The notes under the pieces are model-generated. The model was not told where the DNA came from. It saw only the letters and a program-made list of their open reading frames with translations, and did not search any database. Positions 38,899-51,893 of a DNA stretch of 64,000 nucleotides are shown here, one piece after another. Source of the stretch: Dimorphilus gyrociliatus (Eukaryota; Animalia; Annelida). The stretch is taken from the NCBI GenBank assembly GCA_904063045.1, contig CAJFCJ010000019.1:682001-746000 (forward strand). Direction: 5' to 3'. The stretch's first letter is position 1. Every line of letters begins with the position of its first letter. The translations under genes and the position numbers were made by a program.

Positions 38899-39211
38899 TT
38901 TACACAAGATCTTTATATGTCTAATATCAGATGAATGTCGGGAGGCGCTGCGTGTAGTAAAGAGACACATGATAGATGGCGCCACTATATAATATTTTAA
39001 AATAAATTTTTCAAGAGCTTAGTACTCCTTTTAGAAATAATTTCTCGAAAAGTAATAAACTTTTTTTTTATTAACAGTTAAACATTTTATCAAATCCTTA
39101 ACGAAATATTTAAACTATATAAATAAATAAAAAATATTTAAGATACTTTCATTCCAGTTTGCGTTTAAAAACACAATTAATAATAAACTAAAATGAAATA
39201 GTTAATATCTC

Positions 39212-41566
39212 TTAGAAATGTAAACTTTCCTTCAAACCAAAATTGTTTAATAAATTCCTAGATACAACAGCTAATTCGTCATCCCACATAATTTCGGCTA
39301 CATTTTGAATAAGCCCTTCCCTCGTTAATTCATGATCTGTAAAAATTAATTCATCCTCCTCAATTGTAACTTTTTCTTGAATATAAACATCCGTTGTTCC
39401 ATTAGGATAATCGAATTCTTTTTTTAATGCACGACACTGTTTGTCAACGTGGGAAAAACGATTAATTATTGCAGCTGCTTCTTCAACATTCCCAGTTAAA
39501 CGTAGTTCGTGTATTTGAAAAAACATTTCCGATACTATTTTAATAATATCTTCAATGGGTGTGTCTCTATCATGTGTATAACAAACTTTTCCAGTTCTAA
39601 GATTTATATTGAATTCTAATCCCATAACCCCTTTAATCAAGAGGAATTTGAAGAAGAGAAACTTTCCAAGTTGCTCTTTACTTTCCCAAGATCCGTTTGG
39701 AGGTATTTCGGCACAGAAATATTCTAAAGCTGTTATACCGCTAACTAAAGAATTAATTAACATAATCCATTGTACTTCTTTCATATTAAGATTACTATTT
39801 AGTTCAAATATTTCATGTATTTCCGGTATTGTACTTAAATATAAACATAAACATTCCCTCCTAAGAACTTCAAGTGGCCTTGAAAGATTACCAAACCTCG
39901 ATTCATAACTCTCGAAGGTGCGATAATAATTTCTAACTTTGACTCTATCAGGTATCTTCATTCTTATTCGACCTTTGGCAAAGAAGAGTTTATTCTTATC
40001 CTTTTACATAGAATAAAAATAAACAAAAAAAGAAATTCAATAAATCCCTTTGATATATGATTACTTAACTTACTAATCGTATCTCCCCTGCCGTTAATCC
40101 TCCTATAATTGTTTTTAAGATAATTTGAACTTTATATATTCTTAATCCTTCGTTATCAAGTAATTCAATCTCGTCGTCAGTTAGGTCTATAAAACATTTA
40201 GGAGATTGTCTATTATTATATTGTACTTCAATAACATTTTCAAAAAATACTTTTCTTTTTCTCTCTATCTTTGAATCTTAAAGAGAACAATCAAAATGGT
40301 TATTGAAAGAAAGAGAAAATATCATTAATTCTTACAAACACTTTCTTCACTAAACCAAATTACACCTGGCGAACTTCTTAACAGCCTAACCATCAACACA
40401 TCCTTGACCTTTTCACGACTTACTAAATACTGTAAACCATATACTGGAATAGTACTTGCGAACTTAGTAGAGTTTTTTTGGAAAATTTTAAGCTTTTTAT
40501 CCCAGTAATCAACTCTTAAGGCAATGTAAGTCCTGAACGAAAAACGATTTTGTATATTTCTTGGTAATTGGTCTATAAAACCAGTAATAAACACAATTTT
40601 AGAACGATAGGCTAATCGGCGAGCTCTAAGATGTTCGGTCTGATAGCCATTTTTAAAATATCTTAGATAACTTTTTACGCACTCTTTATGAGGGCCGCCC
40701 AGTTTTATTAACTGTTCCAAATGCCTTCTTATATAATGTAATGAGCCAAAATAGTAGTCGGAAATAGTTTTTACTCTAATAACCTTATTTGGTGGAATTG
40801 TGTACTCTAATGGAACATTTGAAGTATTTTCCGTTTGGGCAATAAAAACGTCAAAAATATTTCTTCTAATGTCGACTTTCCTTATTCTTGTACTGTGCGA
40901 TAAGTATCCATTTGCTTCAAGATACTCTTGAATATCTTGAAGGTCTTTTTTTGAACACGCCGACAACATTGTTCCCGTCGTGTCCATTCTACTGTCATAG
41001 AGAAATCGAAAGTTCTTTTTTAAACTTCTCCATTCTTTATCGATTGATTCAAATCTTGGCGTTTGAATATCTAGCATTGTTAGATAGACTTTTGCAAACA
41101 TCGAAAAACTCACTGTGCCTATTGTAAGACTATCAGTTTTATCAACATAATTCACAACTCCAAAATTCCCCATAATTACTGCAACGAAATCCAGGAGATC
41201 GTCTATTTCTCTGCTATTAAGGCCGGCTGTTTTCGATGCAGTTTTTAAGTCTTCAACAGTATGTTTTTCTAAAAGTTGAATTAAGCGACTAAAGAAGCGG
41301 AAAGCGGTTCTTGAAACCTGAAAAACGTTGATAATTATTTTTCCTTTATCGGTTTCTTATGAATAAATAAAGTCTATTAAATCGACTAAGGGTAAGGGAT
41401 AGAGGGATTTGCTTGCCTGAAAGAGATTGATAATAGCCCCTAGGTCACATATTCTAATTAGGTGATATATTATCCTCTTCTCCGATTTTCCCAAGGTTCT
41501 TATTTCCTCTTCTATATCTAACTTAAAAATTCTCTTTGGACAAACTTCCGGAAAATTTGTACACAT
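39212..41566 (-). CDS. Dipeptidyl peptidase III (M49)-like pseudopeptidase, ~707 aa (exons 41566-41417, 41317-40336, 40276-40074, 40000-39212)
   Basis: Collinear with DPP3 from the N-terminus (IIYHLIRICDLGAIINLFQ|VS; MGNFG) to the C-terminus (YIQEKVTIEEDELIFTDHELTREGLIQ). HELLGH is replaced by KTIIGG and EECRAE by EVLRRE. Confidence 0.85.
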
Positions 41567-41772
41567 TTTTTATTATTCATATAGATTTTCAAAATAAACT
41601 ATGATGTAATAAGCTAAAAGCTATTGGTATTAAAAAACACAGAACAATAGAGGTTTGCCTATACAGTATACTACAAACTTTGTAAAGATGATTTAGGAGG
41701 ATTATCCTCATTTTTCATATGTATTAAAAAAAGTAAAATATCTGCATATAAAAAAAAGTGATGAGGATATTT

Positions 41773-44700
41773 TTATAGATTTTTCAATGTTTCTTGTCTA
41801 ATTGATGGTAGTTTTGTATAATATTCGATTCCGTGTAAAGTTTCTTTAGACGGTGCTTTATAATATATAAGATCTTTCCATAAATCCTAAAATTTAATGA
41901 ACCTTCCTTTTAGAGATAATATTAAACTTTTTTCCTCTTACCTCGTTGGTTTGTTTAAGTTTTTCAAGTAATTTTACAATTGTACTTCTTAAACCAAATT
42001 GACAATCTCTTCTATAGATAATTGTATTACAGCTATGTAATGAAATAAGATACAATAGCGGAGAATATTTCTTATTCACTGCCTTAGCAGTTAAAGCTTT
42101 CCATTGCATTTGTAAAACTTCTTCGTTTGTTTCTTCTTCAGTAAGTAAATTTAAGGGTAGAGCACACTCTACTATTGGTAAAGCAAAGAATCTGAAAATA
42201 TTTGAATAATCTGCCCAAAACATCTTTCGCAAGCTAACAGGGAATCTTGGCATTATTGGTAAAAGTATATATTGGGAGAAAACGTAGTCTCCGAAAGATG
42301 ATGCTAGATACTCGTCCAGCAACTTCTTATAGAGATCATGAAAAGATGCTATTCCAGCAATTGTTTTCTCAAAACTCATTTTACTGATGATTGAAGGAGT
42401 GTAGTAATGAATAAGAAGACCGCTTAAATAGCAATTGACCGATTTATCCATAAAGACGTCCTGGCCTATTTCGAGAAAATATTCGATTTGGTGAAATGAT
42501 TTCAACATAAATTGATAAAATATTTACCAGCTAGAAAGATGCATAAAAATCTAGCAAAAGTAAGGCTAGGCGAAATGTGTTGTAGGTTTACATCGGGTCT
42601 CAAAGTCAGCAATAGATATATCCAAGATAGGCACCAGCTTGACTCTCTCATCAATGTTTCAGTGTTTTGTTTCGGATTATCCCCCAAACTGAAAAGTAAG
42701 ATTCTTAAATTACAGTAAATAATTTGATAATACTACTTACTCGCAAGATAGACTATATAGTTTAACTAAAGGTATAAAATGCCAATCGACTGGTAGACAA
42801 TTTTCATTTACAAATCCAGTAACAAGTGATGATATATCAAAAATATTCTTGTTAAATCGATTTTTACTGCAAATATATATAAATGTATATATAGACGATT
42901 TAGTTTTTGCATGAAGGTAAAATATGTAGATAGGAACCTATTTGTAAAAGCTTTCTTATCGTCCAGATTGCAATTACAGTATAATTCCATAATTTTATGT
43001 AAGGAATTATATGAATGTTTGAGTAATCCTTCCTTTGTAGGTTTAAATGCTGATGGTATATCTAGAGAAATTGTAGAAACGTCAGGCAAATCTAGCGTTA
43101 TCTCTGACCTTAAAATAGAATAATAATAATAGAAAAATCATAAAAATCCTATTAGATAATTTTACTTGAAGAAGTATTGACAAAATAAAATATTTTTAAA
43201 TATCCAATCAATTATATATTCATCCCCTTTTTGGAGTCTTGTAACTAATTTTAAAGACATTAAATGAAAAGGTTTCATCCAATCGTTGTATTCGTGTAGG
43301 GGCTAAAGATTTAAAATAAATAGACCATTAGGGGGGAAAGATTCAAGTATTAAATTACTTACTGTATAATAGGAAATTAATTTAATTAATTGGAATTGTA
43401 TAAGAAAATCGAATTTTGCGAAATAAGAAGAAACAATAATATCGCTTTGGCAACATCTTCTAATATATTGCAAAACTTCAGCATTTCTTAAAATAGGTTG
43501 CGTAATCTAAAAATAGATAATAACAATAATAACAATCAGCGATGTTTAGCTCACTAAAAATTTTTCTATACTTACTGACAAAATTAAGTTTTTATCAATA
43601 TCAATTAAAGTGTTACAAAGTTGAATGAGAGACAAATTGAAAGGGATAAAAGAATATTGAGAGCCACTTAAAGATATTCCATGATCTGAAATACTTCCAA
43701 AGGACGGTAACGATGATAGTGATTCAATTTTTATTCTATTGTGTTGTAAGAAAGGTGATACGGATCGAAATTTTCTCCAGTAAATAGAAAAACTTTGTCT
43801 GGTAATAAATGGTTCGATAAATTCTTTACTTAGTGATTTTGTTTTTTCTTGTAATTTAATAGCTTCGTAATGTAACTAAATAATAAAAAACACATATCTA
43901 TATTGTTAATATTCTATAAGCAAAAAAATAAAGCATTTTTTTCGTTTTTTCATAATTATTTACCTGTTGCGTTTCAAATTGAAAAAAGGTATTGAAATAC
44001 TGAAAACAGCTTGAACAAAGAGTGATCTCCTCTTGAGACAGCTAATTAAAAGAGTTCAGATTTGAATGATATATGTATTCAAAGGTGCGAAAATACAACT
44101 CACTTCTATTAAATGATCATTTATTATCCTGTTTAGGGGATCTTTTAGAATACTTCTTATAATTTCGTATAGGCCGGAAACATGAGACCAATTTAGCTCA
44201 GGAAAATAGCGGGAAACTTCCTCCTCATCAATTACGCATAGTTTATCTTTATTCGCCCATTTTTTACCTTGTACAGCGTGCAAACGACCTATAGCCGCTG
44301 TTAGAGATGTAAATAATGTTATCAACTGCGATTTTAAACGGCAATCGTTGGTTTTTTGTAAAGTCTGGACCAAAGTTGCATAATATTCTCTGTTAAACAA
44401 AAATATTATAAAATAAATAATAGCTTATAATAATTTCAGTATCTGTTTTCGTAGAACTTGATACGTACTCGAAATTATCTAACCCATATCCAAGTAAGAC
44501 AGATGTAGACCATAATTTCAAAATCTCTGATAGTAAATTCTCTGGAAGAGGTCTGTGAGAAAACAAGAGTATATAATAAATGTCAATTTATTAGATATAT
44601 TTAGTTTACCTATTCAAATTTTGAACCGTATAGGCCACTAATTTAGGTAATATTTTATAATTTTTCATCTAAAAAAAATACAGATTATATACATTCTAGA

Positions 44701-47067
44701 AATTTGTTAAACATTTGTAAAGTTATATATTTTACCAATGAAGAGCATATGTTCTCTCCTGTTGTACTTAACACTCGAATTAATTTTAGGAAAAGCGTCA
44801 AAGTAGAACTTTCTGTTTCATAATTGTAGAAATTGGGAAGAAATTTTTTCTGAAGTGTATCCAATAAGCTTGCGGTGTGTACAATCTATTGAGAATGAAG
44901 ATATACTAAACTAACAATCAATAAAATTTCAATAAAACTACCTTATAACTTGTACCGAGTGAGTGTCTAGCAATTCTTATTAGTATTCTTAAAATATTTT
45001 CATTAATTTTTGTGTCGAGAGTACAATTGATGAGAACATATTTTAATCTTTGTAGAATGTCCATTCTTATTAGGCCCTGTATAATTAATTACACTTGGAA
45101 AAGAAATCTAATTGATAGTTTTAAAAACAACTTTAATTATATCCTCTTTTAGAATGACTGAATCAGGAATTTCGCTTTCCCTCTCTGACCTAGGCTCAAT
45201 TGCAGGTACTAAACTTGAAACCTCATATCCAGTAGGCCAATCGAATACTATGTCTAACATCTCCTGTAAATATATTCAAGAGGTTATAATGAATAAAAAA
45301 AATAATTACTTCTGATAAAATACCTCATCAGCTGGAGAACAAATTAAAGCATTTAAGCAAAATAGCGATGCAGCTATGCTCAATTCAACATGATCATCCA
45401 AAGCCCAGCGGATAATGTTTAGAATTCCTCCATCAACGCAACTATTTACTATAGACTTTTGAATGTTATCAAGAAATTCTCCCTGTTGAGCCTATGTTAC
45501 AAAATATGATAATAAATAGGCAAAAATTATTGATTGAAATTGACCTTTGCAAGAATTTTTGCTAACGTTCTCAAGGCTAAACACCTCTGTTGGATAGTAG
45601 CACTTCTAGAAAGGTGGAATAGTTCTGTTAGAGTATAGCCAGCCCTCTGTGGTATAATATTAAAAGATATAAAGATAGAGCTGAGGAACAACAAGGGACA
45701 AAGTTTACCTCTGGTTCTTCACCGTGATGATGAAGTCCCAAATGAGTAGGTAAGTTGGCGTCTGGTGCCAACAAGTTTCCTTCCAAATCAAATCTCGCAG
45801 GAGTTGCTGTCTAAAAGTAAACAGAGCATAAAATTCTCTACTTTTTTATTATTTATAATAAACCTCTTTATTTAAATTTGCCGGATCTGGCAAATCTTTG
45901 AGCCACCCTAATTTTTCACTCTCAACAACGTTCATGTTTAACCAATTATTACCGACTTTTATTGGTAAATCTAAAACATAATTTAGTTTTAAAGATTATT
46001 TATAAAAAAAATGTTATTAAACTCTTAAGAGTTTAGTTTAGAATATAACCTTCGATGTTTAAAAGTTCACTGTTAACTTCCATATTATCGGTATCTTGTT
46101 CAGTTTCTTTACTTTTTACAGGTTCTTCCTTAAATGTTACTTTACGCTCTGTTTGTCCCTGGTTTCGTTTAGCTTGTAAAAAGCTGATAAGATTAGGATC
46201 TGAAATTAAGGAATAAGATCAAACGAAATTCAAAATTCCTAATGTACACGATAACTAACCCAAAGATTTCATTAGTTTTTCTTTTTCCGATAAGATTTCC
46301 GTTTCTGACATAGATGATAGCAAGCCAAGATTTTCTTCGTGAATTTCTTCTACAATCTAAAGTGTAATAAAGAGTATTTTAATAAGTTTTATTATAACGA
46401 GAAGAAAGATTATTTACTTTTTGTGGATTTTCTTTGCTTAAGCCCGAGCCTGTTATTAGTGAATCGAAAGGTTTCATAGGAAATACTGTTGTAGTGGAAA
46501 ACTTCTTTGCCTCCTTTTCGTAATGGGATACTCCAAAGTCCTTGGGATTTGTGTCGAAATGATGAGCAAATAATGATTTTGTATCACTCTTCTTGTCAAA
46601 CTACAAAGAAAAGTTTTTAGTATAATTCTATGTCAATATAAGAGGAGAGAGTTGCTAACGTCTGTTAACAAAGGAACAACTGGAAATGCTTCTTTGGTAA
46701 ATTTGAGTGGTAAATCCCAGGAAATAGCAACAAAATCTCTTTCAACGACTGATGACATAACCGAAGTTACACTATTTTCTTCCTTCATTGCGTCATCGGC
46801 TCTTAAGTAGTCTAATCGTTCTTCTTCTTTCTGCTTTGACTGTTTCTTTTCCCGGTCTTGTTTGAATCTAGATTTTTTGGACGGAGATGTAGAACTTTTA
46901 AGTTGTTCATTAGTTCGGCTTGAGTCGCCTCCAATCTCCGATTTACGTTTTGACCCTGGAGGTTTTATAACCGTTACACATTCTTTTTCTTTAGATTTTA
47001 AGAATTCTTCTTGAAAACGCAGTATATCATCCTCACTGTCCTTATTTGTTGGCCGTTTAATATCCAT
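41773..47067 (-). CDS. RPAP1: RNA polymerase II-associated protein 1, many exons
   Basis: N-terminal [20 protein letters not shown] (human [20 protein letters not shown]). Recognisable RPAP1 segments: RFDLEG, HHGEEP (~45715-45805) and C-terminal [18 protein letters not shown]. Confidence 0.88.
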
Positions 47068-47855
47068 GATTAGAGCGAAAAAAAAGAATCTTGGCAAAAT
47101 AGGCCTCCGTTACACCGGTTTACGTAATTGAAGTAAAATATTCGCGAGTGATAATAGACTTGCTAGAATTATTCATATAAAGCATTATAAAAATCGAAAT
47201 AACTATTATAATCTATCCATAAAAGTTTCATATAAAATATCTATAAAAAATCTATTAGTATGAAACAAAAGAATAAATAATTTAATGCTAGCTTCTTAGA
47301 ATGAAAGTTCGATAATACAATAAACTTTTTGTTGTTTTTTCAACGCTTTCAAACAGTGCTTGAAGTTACACGTTTCAATTAACAATGACTCTTTTTTATT
47401 AAATCAAAGTTGAACAATCTAAATATGGAATTTCGATGTCTCTTTATAAGTCTATATTCTGAAAAAGCTAAGATTTTTATCTACTCCTTTAGTGAGAGCT
47501 TGTCTTGATGAAAAGCAAATAGTTTTAACCGTTTAGGGAATAGTATTTTCGTTTAGTTTAGAATATCATATTTCCAGGGACGAATAGTTGTGTATAAACT
47601 GTCAGTACTTCTCTATTTTCTATTTACACTGAAATTGATAGAGAGTATATTTCAAAAAGACCTATTAGCTCTATTTTTATTGGTAAATTAAGCTTGAATT
47701 CCTTAGTGATTTTAACACGATTAAAAGAATAAATTAATTAAACCTTACTACTGCCAAAAATAAAGAAGAAAAAAAACACGCAGTAATTAAGTGCAAAGTA
47801 GTTAATCCCCTTTGTATGTCTAGACGAATTAGGTTCAATATAGACGATATACCAT

Positions 47856-47881
47856 AATAATAATAATAATAATAATAATAA
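47856..47881. repeat. (AAT)n microsatellite
   Basis: Run of aataataat... in intergenic DNA. Confidence 0.8.
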
Positions 47882-48705
47882 TATATTATATTCTCAAACA
47901 GTTATATAATTTTATTAATAAAATGGAGCAATTGTTAATTTCAACGAGTTTTGTCAATGTGTTTCGTATGTACAAAAGTTATTAACGTCTATATGAGTCA
48001 CGTGATTAAATCTCTTTCGTATTTACATGTGCTTTTGGTTAACCGCACTGGTCAATTTATTTCAGTTTGTTCACATTTCAGCAGGATCGAAGAAGGTGTA
48101 GAATTTATGCCCCAAGTAAAAAATAAAGGATAACATAGATTATATTACATAAAAAAAAGAAAGATTTTGCTTAGCCTTGGATTTAGTTCAACTAGGCGAA
48201 GTGAAAAAAGAAAGAGAGACAAAATACAATATTCAAGCTATTTTAACGATTCATTGATTTGAAATTAAGTATGTAAAAGTCAATTATAGAAGAGAATACT
48301 CATGGAATTAATTACTAATTTTGGTAAGTTAATAAATCGATTTCTTACTTAAATACTTTGTTATACATTTTCACACTTGTTGTAGAAGTTATCTTATAAA
48401 ACTAGTTTTATGATATTTACAAAGGCTTGAGAGTAAAGTATTCCTTTTTGGAAATATTACGAGTTAAAGTGTGAAAGATTCATAAAAAAGTGTTAAGAAC
48501 TAGAAATTCTCTTCTTTTTTTTGTACAAATTATAAGAGAATTTATTGAATAAACGATGAAACTTGACTGACTCTAATATTCATTAATTTAAATTTGACGT
48601 TTACTTGATATGTTGTGAATTTGACTATGACAATCTTTATTGTTAAACTAATGTAATATTGAAATTTGTTCGTATTTAGTATAGTAAGAAAAAGTGAATG
48701 CTTTA

Positions 48706-50358
48706 CAGCCGCGGTCAAAAATGTTTATACATGAAAAAAAAGAAAATATTTTTTTTAAAAACTCATTTTTCTCTAATTTTGAGAAATAAAATTATTTTTC
48801 TTAAATAGAATGATGTTGTTTAAAGGGTATTTTATGTAATTTCATACAACATTTGTTTTTTTCAGCTTTTAAAAGTACTTTTTTTTTTTAATTTTAGACA
48901 ACAAGTGCTTTTTGCAATTAAATTATATAATTTAAAAATGGCCATAAATATCTATAAAAACATGTTTTTTGTCTAAATAGTTTTTAGAACATTTGAATTT
49001 AGAACAAATCTGACTCCGCAGATAATTACTTACATTTCTTTGTCAAAATGAAATATCATTCTCAAATTAGAGAGCTAGCAAGGGCGAAAAAAGCTGAAAT
49101 GACCTATAAAGAACTTGAGGCGGACTTAAATATCCCAAATTCTTCACTCCAGTATATCTGTGAGAACAAAAGAGCAGGAAAACCTGACAAAAGGGGAAGA
49201 CCATCCAAAGCCAGTGAAAGACTGAAGTCACTAATTAAAAGAGAATGCATAAGATTACAGGAAAAAAGAGAGTTGGCAACTGCTAAAAAAATTAAGGATA
49301 ACTTAAGCCTGGATCTTTCTGAAAGAACCATTAGAAGGATTCTAAATAAAAATGGAGCAAAGTATCTGCCCATTTTGAAGGTATGCCCTTTGTCAGCAAG
49401 AGCAAAAACCACACGATTAAATATACTGGGTGGATGGATTCAGAGCCAAGTTGAATATAAAAATGTGGTCTTCACAGATGAGTCCAGGTTTTCGCTGGAT
49501 GGTCCCGATCATCTGTTAACCTGGCAGCTCAATGACAGGCCAAGGCTCTTTAGAGATAAGCTTCCAGTTGGTGGAGGAGGAGTGATGGTGTGGGGGTGTA
49601 TATCCTCAGATGGTGAAGTTTTTATCCAAAGACTTCCCTCCAACATCTCTGGAGAGATTTATGCCGAATTTCTTCAGGGAACAGTTTTCCCAATTTTGAG
49701 GGAAAAATTTGGAGAAAACTTCACCTTTCAGCAGGATAATGCACCCCCACACACTGCCAGAGTAACAATGGATATCCTGGAGGAGAATGGAATTCAAGTC
49801 CTTGATTGGCCTCCATACTCTCCAGACCTCAACCCCATAGAGAATTTGTGGGGTTATTTAAAAATTAAAGTGTATGAAATTCAAACAACAAAAACCCTTG
49901 ACCATTTATGGGACAGGATACAGGAAGAGGTGGACAAAATCAATACAAGCAATAGAGATTTTGTGAAAAATTTATATAGAGGAATCGGGGAGAGAGTTTG
50001 GCAAGTTATTATCAATAAAGGAAACAGAATTAAAAAGTAGTTTTTAGACTGAGACAAAACGCAAAAATTTAGAAAAAAAACCTTGACAAACTATGTAATT
50101 AAATTTATATAAATATTTTTGGCCATTTTTTTTGGGACTATTTTTAATGATAAATAAACATAGAATTAAAAAACATTCTTTTTTTTATATAAGAATATTT
50201 TTTTCAGTAAACTAAATCCATTTTCTGGTTTATAACATATTCTTCAACAAATATTTAAAAAAAGAACAAACAATTTTGTTGAAGAAATCCAAAAAAAAAT
50301 TATTTTATAGAAAAAAAATATTTTTTTTTTCATGTATAGATATTTATGACCGCGGCTG
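48706..50358 (+). mobile_element. Full-length Tc1/mariner (DD34E) DNA transposon, 1653 bp, flanked by TA
   Basis: TA at 48704-05 and 50359-60. Terminal inverted repeats start CAGCCGCGGTCA at both ends and continue imperfectly for ~50 nt. Uninterrupted transposase ORF inside. Confidence 0.93.
49048..50040 (+). CDS. Tc1-family transposase, 330 aa, intronless
   Basis: N-terminal HTH region with GRP motif, VVFTDESRF, VMVWGCIS, FQQDNAPPH, WPPYSPDLNPIENLW. 34 residues between the second D and E. Confidence 0.95.
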   Translation: MKYHSQIRELARAKKAEMTYKELEADLNIPNSSLQYICENKRAGKPDKRGRPSKASERLKSLIKRECIRLQEKRELATAKKIKDNLSLDLSERTIRRILNKNGAKYLPILKVCPLSARAKTTRLNILGGWIQSQVEYKNVVFTDESRFSLDGPDHLLTWQLNDRPRLFRDKLPVGGGGVMVWGCISSDGEVFIQRLPSNISGEIYAEFLQGTVFPILREKFGENFTFQQDNAPPHTARVTMDILEENGIQVLDWPPYSPDLNPIENLWGYLKIKVYEIQTTKTLDHLWDRIQEEVDKINTSNRDFVKNLYRGIGERVWQVIINKGNRIKK

Positions 50359-51493
50359 TATATATAATTGCATTATCTATAAATAGTATTGTGGAAAGAG
50401 GAGCGCGAGAGAGTGGGGAGGGGGGTTAGGGAAGGGGAAAACGTATCGCAATATAATAGGATTAAGACCGAAGGTATTTTCAGTAATGATCAAGAGAAAT
50501 CTACTAAAGAAACAGTCGAAGGAAGCTTTTTTTTTTATAAAAAAAAAACTGTATATAATTATATTAGCTCGTGTTAGGACAAAGGTAAAATAAACATAAA
50601 AAAGTAGGAAGGATAAACATCAAGGTTTTTTAGGAGAGAGAATCTTTTGTAATAGAAATAAGTTTATACGCACTCGAGCGAAAGAACACAAATAATTCTT
50701 TAATTTACTCTGCGCATCAATAATAAAGTAGCTTTGAAAAAGAAAACATATATAGTGATTATATACGGTATATATATATATATATATCGTTCATATACCA
50801 TTTATATAATTACTATTTATATATAATATTCCTTCTTCTCTTTTTAGCTTATGTTTATTCTTCTCTTCTACTAGTTTTTAGTATACGAGAATTCGTATCG
50901 AAAGAAAATTGCGCAATAATTGGAAGTATTGTTTAACTAAAAGAATTGTTTAAGTAGCTTCTTAAAAGTTTAAAAAGTTATCCTAGCAGTCATTAGAGAT
51001 GGCGATAGTATAGATATTAGCGAGAGATAAACGCCTAGAAATTGGACGGCTGCCAACCGAACTAAGATTCTTCGGACGGTGTGGCAGCACTTTTTTCAAA
51101 ATGGCGGATAAAGTCGGCTGGCGCCTTTCGTATGAGAGCTTCTTTCGACGCCCGATCTACAATTAGAACTAGTTACGAAGGTTAGTGATTTCGGAGTAAA
51201 AGAATCTGTAATAGCTGTGCAATAAAGGGATTTTTTGTAAAGATTATTCAAATCAATATTCTCCCAGTTGCGACGGAATCTATGAGATTGATTTGCCCTT
51301 GATAGCCAAGTTTGTTTTGATTGTCAAACTATTTGGTTAGGTTGGTTTTATAGAGATTCTATTTATATTCTTTTAGAGGACAATAAAGAGTAGTTTTGTC
51401 ATTTAATAAACTTGCAATTTAAACTTATATTTCCAAGTAGTGTTTGATTTTTTGGAGTGATTAACCGCATCTAACTTCAGATATCTCTATATG

Positions 51494-51568
51494 TATTTGT
51501 ATGTGTGTGTGTGTATGTGTGTGTGAGTATGTCTGTGTATGTACGTGTGTATGTGTATGTATGTTTAT
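51494..51568. repeat. Compound (GT/GTAT)n microsatellite
   Basis: gtatgtgtgtgtgtgtatgtgtgtgtgagtatgtctgtgtatgtacgtgtgtatgtgtatgtatg; boundaries approximate. Confidence 0.75.
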
Positions 51569-51862
51569 ATAAGATCGTCTACGTACAACGTAGATATACT
51601 ATGGGACAACAGAAGGCATCACGACAGCACAGTGAGATGAGCCGTTGTTAAGTGCGTTGACAAAAATCGATTTATATGATTTTCTCTCCTCTTTAAAGGA
51701 GTATTTAAAGAATATTTCGAATATTTAAAATTCTTAGAATTCCCCCATCTTCTAAAAATAGATATCCGTGAATTTTACTGTACGAAATCTCTCTATCTGC
51801 CCTGCCTTACACAGGCTAAATAAAAGCCGCATATAGGATAGAGAGATAGGCGGCTATGATGA

Positions 51863-51867
<5 letters not shown>

Positions 51868-51892
<25 letters not shown>
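51868..51892. repeat. (TA)n microsatellite (one of several; others near 3722-3746, 27672-27692, 35008-35026, 50770-50788, 53793-53812, 54318-54337, 55582-55599, 58957-58976)
   Basis: Direct inspection; boundaries approximate. Confidence 0.8.

Positions 51893-51893
<1 letters not shown>

Noticed and set aside
41703-41769. Imperfect ~65-nt hairpin (TATCCTCAT...ATGAGGATA) and C-box-like GTGATGA between RPAP1 and the DPP3-like gene
   Set aside because: Only 9 contiguous bp, with large bulges, in AT-rich DNA. No matching D box. Not sufficient for a miRNA or snoRNA call.
49104-49797. Minus-strand ORFs within the transposon
   Set aside because: Antisense shadows of the transposase ORF.
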